Shown here one piece after another: positions 1 through 13,414 of a stretch of DNA of 64,000 nucleotides. A model generated the notes under the pieces. That model was not told where the DNA came from. It saw only the letters and a list, made by a program, of their open reading frames with translations, and made no database searches. The stretch lies in contig JBLDXI010000019.1 in assembly GCA_047495785.1 (NCBI GenBank), positions 3,472,001 to 3,536,000 on the forward strand. Reading direction: 5' to 3'. The translations under genes were made by a program, and so were the position numbers. The DNA comes from Lepidodermella squamata. Lineage: Eukaryota > Animalia > Gastrotricha. The first letter of the stretch is position 1; each line of letters opens with the position of its first letter.

Positions 1-480
1 GGAAAATCTCTGCGGCGGAGGCTCCGATGCAGAAAACTGTGAGGGTTGCTACAACCGGGTGCCAAATGGGGACTTCAACTTCCTTAACAGTTCCATTCTG
101 TAGCACGACCTTCTTCTTCCGTTTTTGTGATATGATGACTTCGATAGTGGATAACAACCGGTCTGTGAGAATGTTGATGCCATACAGTAAGTAGGCCAAG
201 GCGAGGAGGTAGATAATGGCTCGGTAGGCCCGGACGCCGGGTGATGTTTCGTAGGGCTGAGGCAGCCATGCTGGTAGCAACAGGCCGTGGCCACACCCGT
301 CGACGTGTGAGCCTTCGAGGGAACAACTTCCGAATTCGTGGTGACCACCGTGGTCGTCGTGGCTGGCTTCTACTTCGTGTTCGCTAGACGTGAGGCCAGA
401 TGATCCGTGGCCGGACTCGCCAGCCTCGAGGCCGTGGCCTGAGGCGGGCAACAAGGGCTCAGATTCCGAACCCGTGATGG
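1..480 (-). CDS. Na+/Ca2+ exchanger (SLC8/NCX-like), N-terminal coding exon, runs off window
   Basis: Frame not in the ORF track (no stop before the window edge): ...GHGLLLPAWLPQPYETSPGVRAYRAIIYLLALAYLLYGINILTDRLLSTIEVIISQKRKKKVVLQNGTVKEVEVPIWHPVVATLTVFCIGASAAEIF. This parallels NCX TM1 to alpha-1 ([57 protein letters not shown]). The signal-peptide exon was not located. Confidence 0.85.
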
Positions 481-3260
481 CTTCGATTCCAGTTTCGAAT
501 TAACATTGAAAAATAAACAACTAAGATTCGAATGATTCAGTAAAGAATATATAGGACAGAATTCAACATTCTCGCAGTGCAACAGCGCAGTGCAGGCCAA
601 TCCTGTATTCATGTCGCTACATCACCCAGTTTTTTGCGTTATTCAAGTATTCATGCAGCATTAATACATCTTCCATTCACTTAGCTTTCATGCATCTTCG
701 CCATCTTGAGAAATTGTGAACAGTGCAATCTGTGTCAATCAAAACTGGGTGATCAATATATTGTGAAAAAAATATGTTCATGCAGGGCTCAAAAAAAGGA
801 AGGTCCTGTGACCTAATACAATGGGCCTGGCATGTTAACCTTAATTTGTTCATGTATGTTATGAACTGGGCTGCTAAGCGCGAAGGGCCATATAAATAAA
901 TTGGTTTCTATTCCATTATTTGCATTAAGTGATTCGTTCGGTGGATGATATGCATATGAAGCAAGATGATCGTTGAAGTCGCATGCATTAGATTTTCCCT
1001 CGACGCTACTGCAAGGACGCGGATGAGGCGCCGGTGCAAAAATAAGTAAAATTCACCACTTCACTTCTGAGCCTCTTGAAAGTGACACAATTCTCAGTGG
1101 CGGGAGAGGAGAAAGCGTTTCTTAAAAGAGGTTAAAAAGATGTCAAGGACAAAATTAGGATAAAACTAGAACTAGAACTAGAGAATATATTTTTCTCCCG
1201 CAATATATTTCTCTATAAAAAATATAAATCAGCATCCGCAGACTTCTATCAAGATTTTTTCAAGACAGAAAACTGTTCGCGCGTAACCCCGTTATTTTGC
1301 TGACTTGTTAACTGAAATAATCACATGAAAAGAATGTTCACACAATGAGGTGGGATAAAAAATTGAAATCCTAGCGACAATGGGGCAAATATTTTATTTG
1401 AACAACCTATTTTTTTCCTGGGAACATTCAGTAAAAAGCCTAGTTGCTCACGAAAAACGAGGCGTAACAAAGTTAGTTGGCAGCACAAACAAACTGTAAT
1501 AGTGAAAGAATCGTGTGAAGAATGCCATTATCACCATGTACAGCTATAAAAGCTTTAGGAGTAAAATACGCATCACGTATGCCGCAAACTTGTAAATGAT
1601 CATGAAGATGATGAGTTGATTATGATCACGCGAGCAATAAAACCCGTGTATACTACATCATATAATGTTGAGGTCTTGCGGTAAAATTATCACCGAAGCG
1701 TAACGATTAGCACGGTCATTTGGGGCGAGACGTCTGGGGATTATTGGTCTAGCGTTAACGTGGCGGAAAATACTCGTTGTCGATGAGACTATGGTAGTAA
1801 GGTGCGATGCATTTTTTGCTTACGCATATCTCGGTATAATATTTTTTGTATTTCCGCAATATATACGCGTGCTTATAGCGGAGTGAGTGGTGTTGCGTGA
1901 GTACTGCATGATTTACATTATGCCATGATATGAATATATGTATATTTATGCTTAAAAGCCACATCATACTACTTATGTATTGTGCAATTCAGCCGCACAG
2001 GATTAATTTGTTACTCAATGCCGCGGATAGATAGATTGGTGGATGGGCCGGCTTCCAACAGCTGCCTCTACTTTGCCGGTTTAGTCTGCGATAAGCCGTG
2101 GGCATATTACGAAAAACGGGAATTTACACGCTGATGAACCAAAAAAGATAAGCGGAGCATGCCCTTGCTGTTGTTGCCATTTTTTCTTGCTTACAGTATT
2201 TTTTTAGCAACGTGCGGCGATCGATGACAGATCTTGTTGGTTTTTAATGCGGAACATACTGATCAATCTTATCAGAGTTTAACAGCACAATAAGGGATGC
2301 TTTCGTAATGTTCCAACTCAGCTTTACTTAACATGAAGTTTCAGAAAAAAACATGCTTTTTCGACCTGGGTATCAAGTGACTTTACTCGTAATCATGATC
2401 CCGGGCGAACTTCAAATTGAGCAATAGCTAAATATGGTCTTATCTGTGGCCAAACGGCTCAACCTAACTTTTTGATATTTGCACACCCGTATTAGTGGTT
2501 ACCAATTTGTGGAAAATGAAGCATATCATTAAGAAATTAAGTGCGAAAAATGGCATTTCGGGTAAACAAATTGAAGAATTTTTGAGATTTTGAACGATGT
2601 TGCCAGAGAACACGGCCTCAAATAACATTCGAGTGAAACTTGAGCGCGGGTGCTGTTTCGAATGTTCCGAAGTTGACGTTCTATAGCCTAGCGCTTTGCT
2701 AGCCCTAGGTATAAGTCATTGCCGAATAAGTATTGTTGGCTGCTTTTTGTCCTATACCTCTGCACCCTGTCCTACAATTATATATTTCTCTTTTATTCAA
2801 CTTGCTAAGCTGCCCTCTTCTGGGCGATATGGCTTCTAAATAAATAAATAAATAGGCCCCGCACGACCCGTATTCAAAAAATGCAAAAGAATAATGACAG
2901 CCGGTGAACTTGAAAGAAAAGTGATGGATCCAGCGCAAGCTTTTCACGCCATATCAAGCTCCCCCGAGACTGTCCTTCCAGCGTTTATCATCGAATAGTT
3001 TCAGTTATCAGATGAGAATGTTGGAAATTATTGAGTTGAAAGAAAGACTGGAAAATTGTCGGAAACAAGCCTGTCCTTGCTGAACCAGATCTCCGGACAA
3101 AAATTCAGCAGCGTATTTAAAAATTCAAGGGCGCGTGCTTAAATAATAGCGCGTGATCACGGCACCATATTTGGTCCAAATAAATTTGCGAAATATTCTC
3201 GCACTACGGTAAATTTCTTTATCTTTTCCTTCATCGACTTTTATTGCTCAGAAAAAGTTA

Positions 3261-5695
3261 ATGAGTGCCACTTACTCGCTTGGATTTTTCACGATTTACC
3301 TTTGTGTGGTCGCAACACAGGGCCAATGGCTGCACTGCTTCTCACAATTTGATAATTCTTTCATCGGATGCCGCAATGCACATACTGGTTGCGAGCCACT
3401 TTTTGAATACCAGGTATTACAATGTTATCTATAGCGATGGCTGTTTGTATTTATGATATTTACAGGGTAATGCTGGCTTTCCCAACGTGACAAGCTGCAC
3501 ACAAGGGGTTAGAGTGTGAATCGCGACTCTTTCTACATGCTTTGACCTTAATTCATTCCAGATCGTGAAACTTTGCTACAATTATCTAACAACGATACCG
3601 AGATGTTCGGTTGGCGATGAAAATTGCAAATCAGGTGAAATCGAGGTGAGTTCGATTTTTAAGTCAATCATTCTATATTGTAAAGTTTGTTCGAGCTTGC
3701 TTTGTATAATTACTTACCTAGTATTTTTAATTGTTATTCAAGGTCAACGTTTTTCAACATCGCAAATTATTGCGACATAACCTGAAGGACTGCGACGATG
3801 CTATTCAATGTTTCTCGGTAAAAATATACTTAATTACAGCTACTGCAATATGCTCCTGCTATTTTTCAAGTCATCGAAATTCACACGTTGTTCGTCAACA
3901 CCGACTCGAGTCTTCACGTGTGTCCCTCATCCAGCTCCATGTCCCAAAAATTCGGTAATTGTTCTCTTTATTATCACCGATGTCTTAATGATTTGTGGTT
4001 TACGGCTTCAGACTGCTGGTTTGGTCTATCCAGGACTTCAGAAATGCTTGAATTACACGAGTGCGGCTTATTTATGAAACCATTCGACAGAACATTTTAT
4101 TTTTTCAGACCGAGTTCCGGTTGATGAAAGGCCCCACATCCGCTGCTTCGACGCGGCATCTCGTAATTTCACAGCTTGCCGCCCCGAAAGTTCGAAATGT
4201 TTTCCAAATAATGAAACATCGCAGTACTCAACCGGAGTCTACATCAACAAGGAGACATGCCAACGTTGGGTAAGTCAGCTGCAATTTCGATAAACAAATT
4301 AGCTGCAAGGCGCTTTTTTGTTACCAGAAAGCGGTACAATGCTTATCACCATTATCTGGGAAAAGATGCTTCAACTTTTGCTGCCGTGGCTTTCGACAGG
4401 TATGGTTATTCAAAATAATATCGGTATTTGTCGTACTTAAATTTTGAACATTTCTAGTTGAAAATATTTGACGCTGCGAGCGATTTCGCGACTAACTATG
4501 CCAATTGTCAATATTATGATGAACCGGCACCGGTAAAGTGAATTTTTGTAAATTGTTTCGTTTTGCTAAATAGGCTTCATTTTTCAGCTGAAATGTCAGA
4601 ATAACGCGACCTACGACGCGGTGAATAAAACATGCATATGCCCACCTGGCTTCCAGGGCCGGCTCTGCGATGAAGGTAACTACTCGACTTTTCAATCAGT
4701 GCAAACCTTTTTTTAACGTCTACTTTATAGTGAAGACTTGCATACCGAAGTCTTGTTGTATTTACGGCGTATTCGACCAATCAATCTGTGACTGCCGTTG
4801 TCCCGCAACTCCACTTGCATGTGTTAGCGAGAACAATGAAGCAACTTCAGACCAATCCTGTGCCTGCAAGTGCCCGGATTTACCTTCTGACGTAGTCGCC
4901 GGATCTTCTTGTACAGAAGCTGTAACTAACGAACGACGGTGGGCCACATCAAATGGTTACTACAAGGCCGATCGAAACGGTTGTGTTGGGGTTTCTTATC
5001 CAGCTGAACTCACGCAATGTGAACCAGGGCTCATCTTCAACAACAATTCGTGTAAGTGTTCGTGTCCTGATCCGCCGAGTGACGCCACTTCGTCACGGTG
5101 CACCATAGCTGAGATCAACGAAACTCGCGTTGCGAGGTCTGATGGCAAGTCTTATTACGTGGTCGATCAGAGTGGATGTATTCTACCGTCAACTGGGCTC
5201 CAGTGTTTCAACTCGGCCAAGCCGAATGCGGTGTTCCAAACAGGCAGTTCTTGTTCATGCAACTGCGCTGCTGGGGCGATCGGCTATTTACCTCAAGATG
5301 CCGACCTGAACAAATCTTGCGGTGATAGTCGCAACATGAGATACGCTTCGAAATCAGACGGTGCCAAATTTTATGATAAGGCTGAATTCGAGCCTGGTTG
5401 CATCACGCCGCTTAATTGTTACCTTGATTACGGCCAGTCTTTCATAGCCGATGATACTTGTGGCTGCGGTGATATTCAGACTCTACCAGCGTCTATTCTT
5501 GCGTCTCTGCAATATGTTTGCGATGTTCAGAATCCCAGTAGCTTCGGGAATGCTTTCTCCATTGTGCGATATGCGGATCGTGAACAGGGTGCTACCTGGT
5601 TTTACGAGCGAGTTGATGGCTATCGATGGGTATATAAGACCTGTCCTGAGGCAAAAACGTTGAAGCTAGATTCAGGTGTATGCGCTTGCGTCTGA
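3261..5695 (+). CDS. Secreted Cys-rich protein: signal peptide, Cys-rich small exons, EGF domain, 4-5 degenerate chitin-binding(CBM14)-like repeats (multi-exon)
   Basis: ATG 3261 gives MSATYSLGFFTIYLCVVATQGQW (signal peptide). Many ~50-nt GT-AG introns. Exon ~4588-4675 encodes LKCQNNATYDAVNKTCICPPGFQGRLCDE (EGF). The terminal exon to 5695 has repeats such as YY..C..CEPGLIFNNNSCKCSC. Internal exon boundaries are approximate. Confidence 0.7.
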
Positions 5696-5922
5696 GGATG
5701 ACTTTTTTACTGAACATTTTGATGGAAAGTTTCAGTTTGATGTGATATAGATCGCGTAGTTTTGATTGCCTTTGATTTAAAAAATTCGAACAGAGATGAA
5801 TAAAGTTTTAGCCGTGACTTCAGACTATGGACATTGGTCTTTCTTCTTGTGCTCTACATGTATTCTTACATGGGATTTTTGATCTGGGAAATTACACCAA
5901 CACACCATGATTCAAAGTGTTA

Positions 5923-6406
5923 GGGTAAACCGCCCTAATTCTGCATAAAAAATGTCGTCCGACTTTGACGCGTTCGTTCTCGGGCACCTTGAAGTATTTT
6001 GAAATTTCCTTTTAGGACTAGGTGGGTCAAACCCTCAATTACGTAACCCCAAAAGGAGAAATTCGGGCGACGCACTGTTTGGGCGCAGCAGCTGTCGCAC
6101 GCAAGTGAGCGCCGGTTATGCAGCATTAGGATCATTGTCGCAATTTTGCACAAAAATTTGAATTCTGGCCTAAATTGCATACTCGCTCAATTTTAGTATT
6201 TTTTTCTCGGGGTTCTCGTGGATAGGGTACAAGTTCATGCCGAAGACGTTGGTGAGATCAGTTTGCTTGTTTGTACGTAGATGTTGCGTAATTAAGGGTT
6301 TGACCCACCTACTCCTAAAAGGAAATTTCAAAATACCTCAAGGTGCCCGAGAACGAACGCGTCAAAGTCGGACGACATTTTTATGCAGAATTAGGGCGGT
6401 TTACCC
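5923..6406. mobile_element. MITE with ~125-bp terminal inverted repeats, TA target duplication
   Basis: TA-GGGTAAACCGCCCTAATTCTGCATAAAAAATGTCGTCCGACTTTGACG... at 5921 and its reverse complement ending ...GGGCGGTTTACCC-TA at 6408. Confidence 0.85.
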
Positions 6407-6736
6407 TATCGTCTTGAGACCGACCCCAATACCCGGGTCAATATTTTATTTTCGGCTGCCTTTTCCAGATTGCATACGAGTTTTCTCAAATCATCAAGAT
6501 ACAAACATACAGCTAAAATTCGCCCTGAAGTTACCTACTACAGCTCTCCACTTTGAAAATATGCTAAACAAAATCTTAACGATCCTTTGTTTACCAGCCT
6601 CATTATCGCAAGATCTAAGGTTTACTATTCACTATATTATAGCTATCGAGTACATGTTTGTTTATCTCCCACGCTTGGAAGCTTTTTCAAATATAAAGTT
6701 GCTACGCGTGCTAAATGTTAGGTTATTAAAGCGACC

Positions 6737-9092
6737 ATGATTAATTCTCTAAATTCATGCTTGCTTTTGACGTTTCTTTTCACTGTGCCATACTGTGCAC
6801 TTGCCTGCACGACACCGCTAACGTCGACTGGTAATCGAGTCAACCCAGACCTAGTCCGGCTCAGGACAACAGCCACTCCTGCCACTGCGTAAATTAAAAA
6901 CCTTTTCACAGGGTCACAGGGTGCGATCTTCGATCCGCGAGCTCCCAGGGATGGAAAATTTTTTTTTGCTGTTTTTGCCAAAATGACGAGTCATTCCGGC
7001 TAATAACCGAGCGAAGCGAGAAAATTGTGAAGATTTTCTACTGAAACACGCCCCAGAACCTTCCAAAATTAACAAAACAGTGGGATAAATTCTCATTTTG
7101 TTGTCTGGCCCGGCCGAGCTGGGGGGGATGATCCCCCCCATCCCCCCCTGAAAGTCGCACACTACAGGGTCAAATTTACCTAGTTTTCTTAACTGTTCAG
7201 GGCTACTACAACTGTAGTAACTGATGCAACAACTAGCACTGCAACTACCGTTTCGACGGTTTCTACGACAGTCACCACCACAGTAACAACAACTGTTACC
7301 ACGACAACAGGAACTATTCCGACCACCCCCACCACAGCAGCGCCTTGCACGAGTCTTTGTTACGTAAGGCGAAATTCACTGTAAAATATTGAACCTGGAG
7401 AACGATTTTTAGAATGGAATACGGCTGGTTGGTGGCGATGGGGCAACCTACGGCATAGTCGAAGTCCGGTATGACTCTACTTGGGGCACGATTTGCGACT
7501 CGGGTATAACAACAGCGAGCTACAAACTCTCGACAGCTCAAAGCCTATGTAGATTTCTCGGCATGTAGGTTTTCACGAACAGACATGGCAAGGAATGTGT
7601 TTAGCCTTAGGCCTTAGGGTTAGGATTGGGTTGAAATTTGACTTCGATGTTAGGATTAGGCCCGGGGGTTTTGCTAAAGCGCAACGCCTGGTGCTCGATT
7701 TTTTTCGGGATATTAGGATCATAGCTGGCCAGAGCAGTGATTAGCTCAATGTTTAGGTTGAAGGTTAATGTCTAGCTTTTGATAGGTCGATAGCTTTTTA
7801 GTACGTTTGGGCTAAGGTTCTAATATTCAAGGGTTTTAATAAGGAAATAATACATCCTCTTATTTGTTTCACTATAACAGGACAACAACTTGGGCTCAAT
7901 GGTTCAGTGTGGCTTCTGGACTAGCCCCAACTGCTCTCAACCAGTCGAACAGCTCCATCCTAATAGGAAGTCTATACTGCCTCGGAAGCGAGACTACTTT
8001 CACCCAATGCCCAAAAACAGCGATAGGGTCCAACACAAGGAATTGCACCGCCGCTAACAACATAGGCGTGATTTGCCCGACTACCGGCCCTGTCGCCGCA
8101 GCCCCGGATCAAGCTGTGACGCCAGATCCACCTGATCCGTTGTCTGGAGCTACTTGTGGGCAAAGCCAATACTACAACACGACTACAAACCCAAGTGCTA
8201 GCATTTTTGGAGGAGTTGCTGCATTGCCTGGACAGTATCCTTGGTTGGCCAGGCTTGTTATCAGCGTTCGATCTCAAACACGAAGGTGCAGCGGGACAAT
8301 AATCAGTTCCAGTCTTATACTAACGGCAGCGCATTGTATTGACGACCTTGCGATTACAAAGTGAGTTTGGTCGTCTGAAATTTGGAAATCGAAATATCAT
8401 GTGTTGCTTTTCTGCAGCATAACAGCTGTTTTAGGTGACTATGATTCTGCAATTACAACAGAGGGCAGCGAAGTGACTGTTTTGATTAAGAGCTGGGTGA
8501 TACATCCTTCTTATAATTCGACCACTCTTGATTACGATTTTGCGCTCCTTAGAATGGGAAGTATGTAGTTACGTCTCATTCCGAACAATATGTTATAATT
8601 TCCTCAATTTTAGGCACCCAAACTTTCACTAATTGGAATATTCAGAAAATATGTCTGCCAAGTTCATGTTCGAGTAGCTGCTACACGGTTGGGACGACGG
8701 CTTATATCGCAGGTTGGGGCGCCTCAAGTTTCGGCGGTGGGCTAGCAGCTACTCTTCAATCAGCCTATGTTCTCATCGCCAGTAGAGCTGTTTGCCAATC
8801 AGAGTTCTACCCCAAACTTATCACTAACCGGATGATGTGCGCTGGCTACCTAGGCGGAGGTAAAAATGCTTGCTTTTAAGTCCCAAATCTTTATTGAATT
8901 ATTCATTTCTGTGTTTCTCCAGGTGTTGATCGGTGTACGGGGGATGACGGAGGACCCCTGATGTCGAATGACGGGGGCACTTACAAAATTTGCGGCGTCA
9001 TTAGCTGGGGCTATGGCTGTGGGCTGCCGAATTACTACGGTGTTTATGCTAACATTTGCTCTGAATTGAACTGGATCAATAGCAATTTATAG
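6737..9092 (+). CDS. Secreted SRCR + trypsin-family serine protease homolog (catalytic Ser replaced by Asp), 7 exons
   Basis: Signal peptide MINSLNSCLLLTFLFTVPYCALA; Thr-rich linker exon (7201-7362); SRCR IRLVGG..GIVEVRYDSTWGTICD; protease domain IFGG..PGQYPW..TAAHC..DFALL..GWG..MMCAGY..DRCTGDDGGPL..SWGYGCG..GVY; stop TAG 9090-9092. Confidence 0.9.
6917..7164. mobile_element. hAT-type MITE in intron 1, 8-bp TSD
   Basis: Imperfect TIR CAGGGTGCGATCTTC / GAAAGTCGCACACTA, flanked on both sides by CAGGGTCA (6909-6916, 7165-7172). A second copy lies at 20758-20985. Confidence 0.8.
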
Positions 9093-9293
9093 GTGGAATT
9101 AAATCACGCGCAGATTATTGTTTTTCTTTATCGGGTTTTTCCAATAATTTCGGTATGAAATCATTTCGAGGTGCGTGATACAGCTGGCGTCTCTTACGCA
9201 TGGCATCTGGGCGGGAAATCGTAATGATTAGCTCATTTTACGAATTTGGTATCAAATTGTCGTTCGATTTTCTACTGATTGTTCTTCAGCATC

Positions 9294-10237
9294 ATGGCAA
9301 GTCAATGTGAGTCAACTTTTCAGGCAGGAAATTTGCTCCAACATGTACTTTTTCAGCAAATCTCGTATTCTGCTTTCTTTCCATTTTCGCCGTCAATTTA
9401 GCGAAAGCGCAGTGGGAGAAGGCTGTAATGGTTGTTCCAATGGCTACAGATCTCATCGATAAAAGGGGGGACACGAAAGACGTGTGTTCTACTTCCGGAA
9501 AATTTGTCGCTGCAACTGCAGAGAAACCAGGCTACACGGCTGACGAGGGAAACTCAATCGCTACCTGGAGTTATATCCCGATGTGCTCCGACTCAGCTAA
9601 AACAGGCTTTGAGGCCGGGTTCGGAGTAAGCCTTAATTTCTACGCGCTAAATGAAAAAAATGGCAAGGGCGACATTTTGACACTTCGGAATGATGCTAAA
9701 GTCGTCAAGCTTGACTACGAAACCATAATGGAAGGGGACAATGTTAAATCGGTTCAAGTCAACCTTCGCCTGTCGGGAGAAAACAACTATGTCTCACGAA
9801 CAATCAAAGGAAGCAATTGGAATTTTATCGCCGTTACCTATGCCAGCAAAACATTCAACTTATGGACACTGGAAAACACCGAGTACAAATCAAGCGCAAA
9901 GGGGGCTGATATAGGAAATTGGCAGACGTTCAGCCTCACGCTCGGAAAATCTCCCGATGTCACGGTTGGATGGAACAAGAACAGCCGCGTCAATTGCCTA
10001 GCCGCCTACAACAAAGCACTGACTGCTGACGAAGTTGGAAAAATCGCCAAAGAATGTGCAGATGTTACCAAGATTACTTTTGCCGAAAAGATTAAAGATT
10101 TTTCAAGGTTGAGGGATAATCTATGTGCTCCCGAGCCCGCCAAAGTTAACCCTCCAGAATGTAACGGGGCAGGTGCCACAGGAGCTTCCCTGCTACTGCC
10201 GACGTCAATGTTTTGGGTTTTTGTTAGATGTTTCTAA
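9294..10237 (+). CDS. Secreted, probably GPI-anchored LamG/pentraxin-like (concanavalin A fold) protein, 2 exons
   Basis: ATG 9294 plus a small GTGAGT..TTTCAG intron gives MASQSNLVFCFLSIFAVNLAKA (signal peptide). LamG-like WNFIAVTY..LTLG..CLAAYNKALTADEV; C-terminus NGAGATGASLLLPTSMFWVFVRCF resembles a GPI signal. Confidence 0.75.
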
Positions 10238-10734
10238 TCCCGTATACCTACCTCCCTTTGATTGCTAATTGCTTGCCTTAATCTGTCCTAAAATGTCGAA
10301 AAATTTGAAACTTCTCTTAAAGCTGGCTTCTACGCTAATTCTATCAATCTGATCGGTTTCAAACATGTTTTGAAGGAATTTACCAATGCCCACGCTCGCT
10401 TATAGAGTTATCCAAAAGAATTGATAATACTGGTTAGAGTTCATAGCCTGTATTTGGCATATTTTTGAATGTTTGAATTACAAAGGCAGAATTGATGTGC
10501 AGTCTCAGCAGTTTTTATTAAATTTTCCTTCGCAATATCTTTCTTCATGTGAAGAACTGGATTCGAGACACTTCGGAACAATAACAACATCATATTTCAT
10601 CTCACATAGATTAAGGTTAGAATATCATTCAGTATAATACTTTGTCTTGTTGCAAAAAAATGAAATAAAACGTTTTGAAAATAATATCTTGAAATTGGAA
10701 GAGAGAACTGGAAATCCGGGAGATTTTCATTTTG

Positions 10735-13414
10735 TTACAACAACTCCTCGAAGCAGAAGCAGGCCACCTCGCCAGATGTTCCGAGACGGCCGAGGCGAAG
10801 AAAGCCGGACACGCCGCACAGGATGAACGGCCGCCGCGTGGAGCCATCCAGCGACGCTGATAGGCACTTCATCGGCGCGAACACGCTGCGGTAGACGCTG
10901 GACGCCGGGATCTGATCGTCATCGGGCTCGAATGAGCCTTTGTCGGTTAGAGTATAGAATTGCAGACGCGAGTGGAACGGACCATCGTCTAATCAAAAGA
11001 AATAAAAATGTGCCCAAAAATCGTAGAAAATCCATCAAATCACACGAATTTATTGACTTTTATAGGAAATCTGAGGTGAGCAATCTCTTGGGACTAATAG
11101 TAATCCCTCAATGTTGGGATCAACCTGAAGTCTCTACGTCTCTACGTCAACCTGCACTGAGTAGACGTTTCGCCGACACTTTGGGGTTTCCCTTCTTGGG
11201 ATGGGAGGGGATGGGAGCTTCCGTAAGGTATGAAATTATAAAGTTCAACATCCGCAAGAAAACGGAAAAGCTGGCGAGGAACATAACGAAATGTTCTAAG
11301 TCAGCGTCCTTTTCGCGCTTTTCTGGACTGGAAAGTATACGGAAGATTCACCAAACCCAATTGTCACTTGGAGGACACTGAATGTCAAATGGTCGATTTC
11401 GGAATCTAAAAGCCTAACCCTAGTTAGTTGGTCTCAGATGGGGAAAACCCCTATAAAAAAGCTCGAGAGATTCTAATTTAGAGTTTAGAGCATCCTTAGT
11501 CACAGAGACTCTAAATAATGCATTCAGCGTACGAAGAAGGGAGTACTAGCGGGGCTAGTACGAGGGGTATCGCATCCCCTTCCTCCAGCTTGAGAGGCCA
11601 AGGCTTGAAATCCCGAAAAAGCCAGTGGACTACCCTTTAGTCTGAAAGTTCCTGGCCGAAAATGCCCGTAAGTATCGATAATCCTACTTCCTACACTGCT
11701 AAGGCATTATTGCTCACCTGTGATGATTAAATTGCCAGCCGGGTCAAAGTGCACGCATCGCGGCCGCCTCAGGTCACTGGTCGCCTTGCTCGCCACCGTC
11801 GACACGTACTCTAGCTTCACCGTCGTATTGTGATGGTGGTGCGCCAGCGCGGCTCGGAACATATACACCGCGCTGTTCGCCTTATCGGCAACGGCCAACA
11901 GCGACGCCGCTCCCTGCGCGCCATCGATGCGTGAAAACACCGCGCATTTGTGCGGCCGTATCGACAGCAATTCGCGCTGCGACGGGCCAGACGGGGTCAA
12001 CAGGCCGTTGCATGGCACCTCAGCAACCGGTGACATCTCGTGCCCGCCAACGCTCTGCTTCTGCGGTTCAGTGGACCAGAACGTGATTGAAGCGTTACGC
12101 TTGGCTGAGTTGCAGCACAGCAGCAGGTTTTGCCGTGCGTCCACCGCGATGGCGCCGAAGCGTTCGCGCGTCTTCGACCGGCTGACAAACGTTTTCGGCT
12201 GGTGGACAACGGTGTTGCGAATTTCGCCGAGCCGGGCGTAGAAAATGCCGGCGTGGTTCGATTGCGTGAAGTAGATGCGCTCTGATACGGGGTCGAAAGC
12301 GGCGCGTTTAAGCTTCACGGCTGAGGACGCAGCTACCTGGCCATCGAGACCTATTGAGAACAAAATTCTTTTCAAAAATTCACAACTAAAATTTTAATTT
12401 TTCGAAATAATTTCAAAGTTCAGTATTATATTTTAAAAATTAAAAATTTCGATTTGAAATTTGTTCAACTTTTCCAAATATTTTTTTAACATTAAGAATT
12501 TTTAGTTTGGGACATTTGGGACATTATTAGGTAATTTTATTCCATTTTCTATTTATTTTCTCTAACATTGTACTAGTATGGAGTGTACTAGTTATTATAC
12601 CTGTCATTAAAAGGCGGCCGCTCCACGCGACGCGAGGCGTAATTGGGTCATTGACAAGTGCGACAATGTCACCACCGGCGCAAATCAACACGGTCCAGTT
12701 GCACGCGACGAAGTAGACGATTTCTTTGACGCTGGACGGCGCCCGGAACCAGCATGGCGATGGCTTATCGATTTGCCTGAGATGCCGCCAATAGTACCAT
12801 TGAAATGGCGAACTCTAAATAGGACAAAAATAATGTCGATGAATTTTGATCTCCAAACATAATGCTGTAATTTAAGGTTTTTATTTCAAGATTTCTATTA
12901 ATATAGAGTTCATAATAGAAAATAGCCAACGCTCTAGTCCCAAATACTACAGTCCAGACTTGAAATAAAAATATCTTCAAGAAAGGCAAATTTTGAATTT
13001 CAAATTTTTTCAAATTTTCTGATTAAGCTTTGGAACAAATTTCAAGTTTGAAATATCCAGTTAATTTCAAAAATATTTCAAAATTTTAAATCCTCCATTT
13101 TTTTAAAAATTTTCAACTTCTTCAAATTTTTGAATATTTTTCAATCATTTTCCAAATTTTACCTGAAGGGTGCCTGTAAGGCCGCCGAGCCCCGTCGCCC
13201 GGGCGAGGTGGGCCCGTTGCCGGCGCACCCGGGTCGGCAGGCTGCGGAAAAGTTGAGCTAGCTTGCCGCCGGCTTGCGACGACGCGACCCTGCGCTGCTG
13301 GAAATCATTCGAGTCATAACTCGAATCGTCATGAGCCGCGGCCGATAGTGCGGATCGCTCATCATCGGCGTCATCTTTCATCCGCCGTCGTGGTAACATA
13401 CGCCGGAAAGACAT
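10735..13414 (-). CDS. NHL-repeat / beta-propeller protein (multi-exon)
   Basis: Exons near 13162-13414 (first exon structure uncertain), 12601-12776, 11718-12350 and 10735-10988. The spliced product has DLRRPRCVHFDPAGNLIITD (NHL-like), AAFDPVSERIYFT, AIAVDARQNLL and LAVADKANSAVYMF. Confidence 0.7.

Noticed and set aside
49-612. ORF-track calls 49-348, 84-326 and 370-612
   Set aside because: Alternative frames of the NCX exon; the real frame lacks a stop within the window.
5935-6740. Two ORFs sharing KGNFKI..GARERTRQSRTTF
   Set aside because: Artefact of the MITE inverted repeats.
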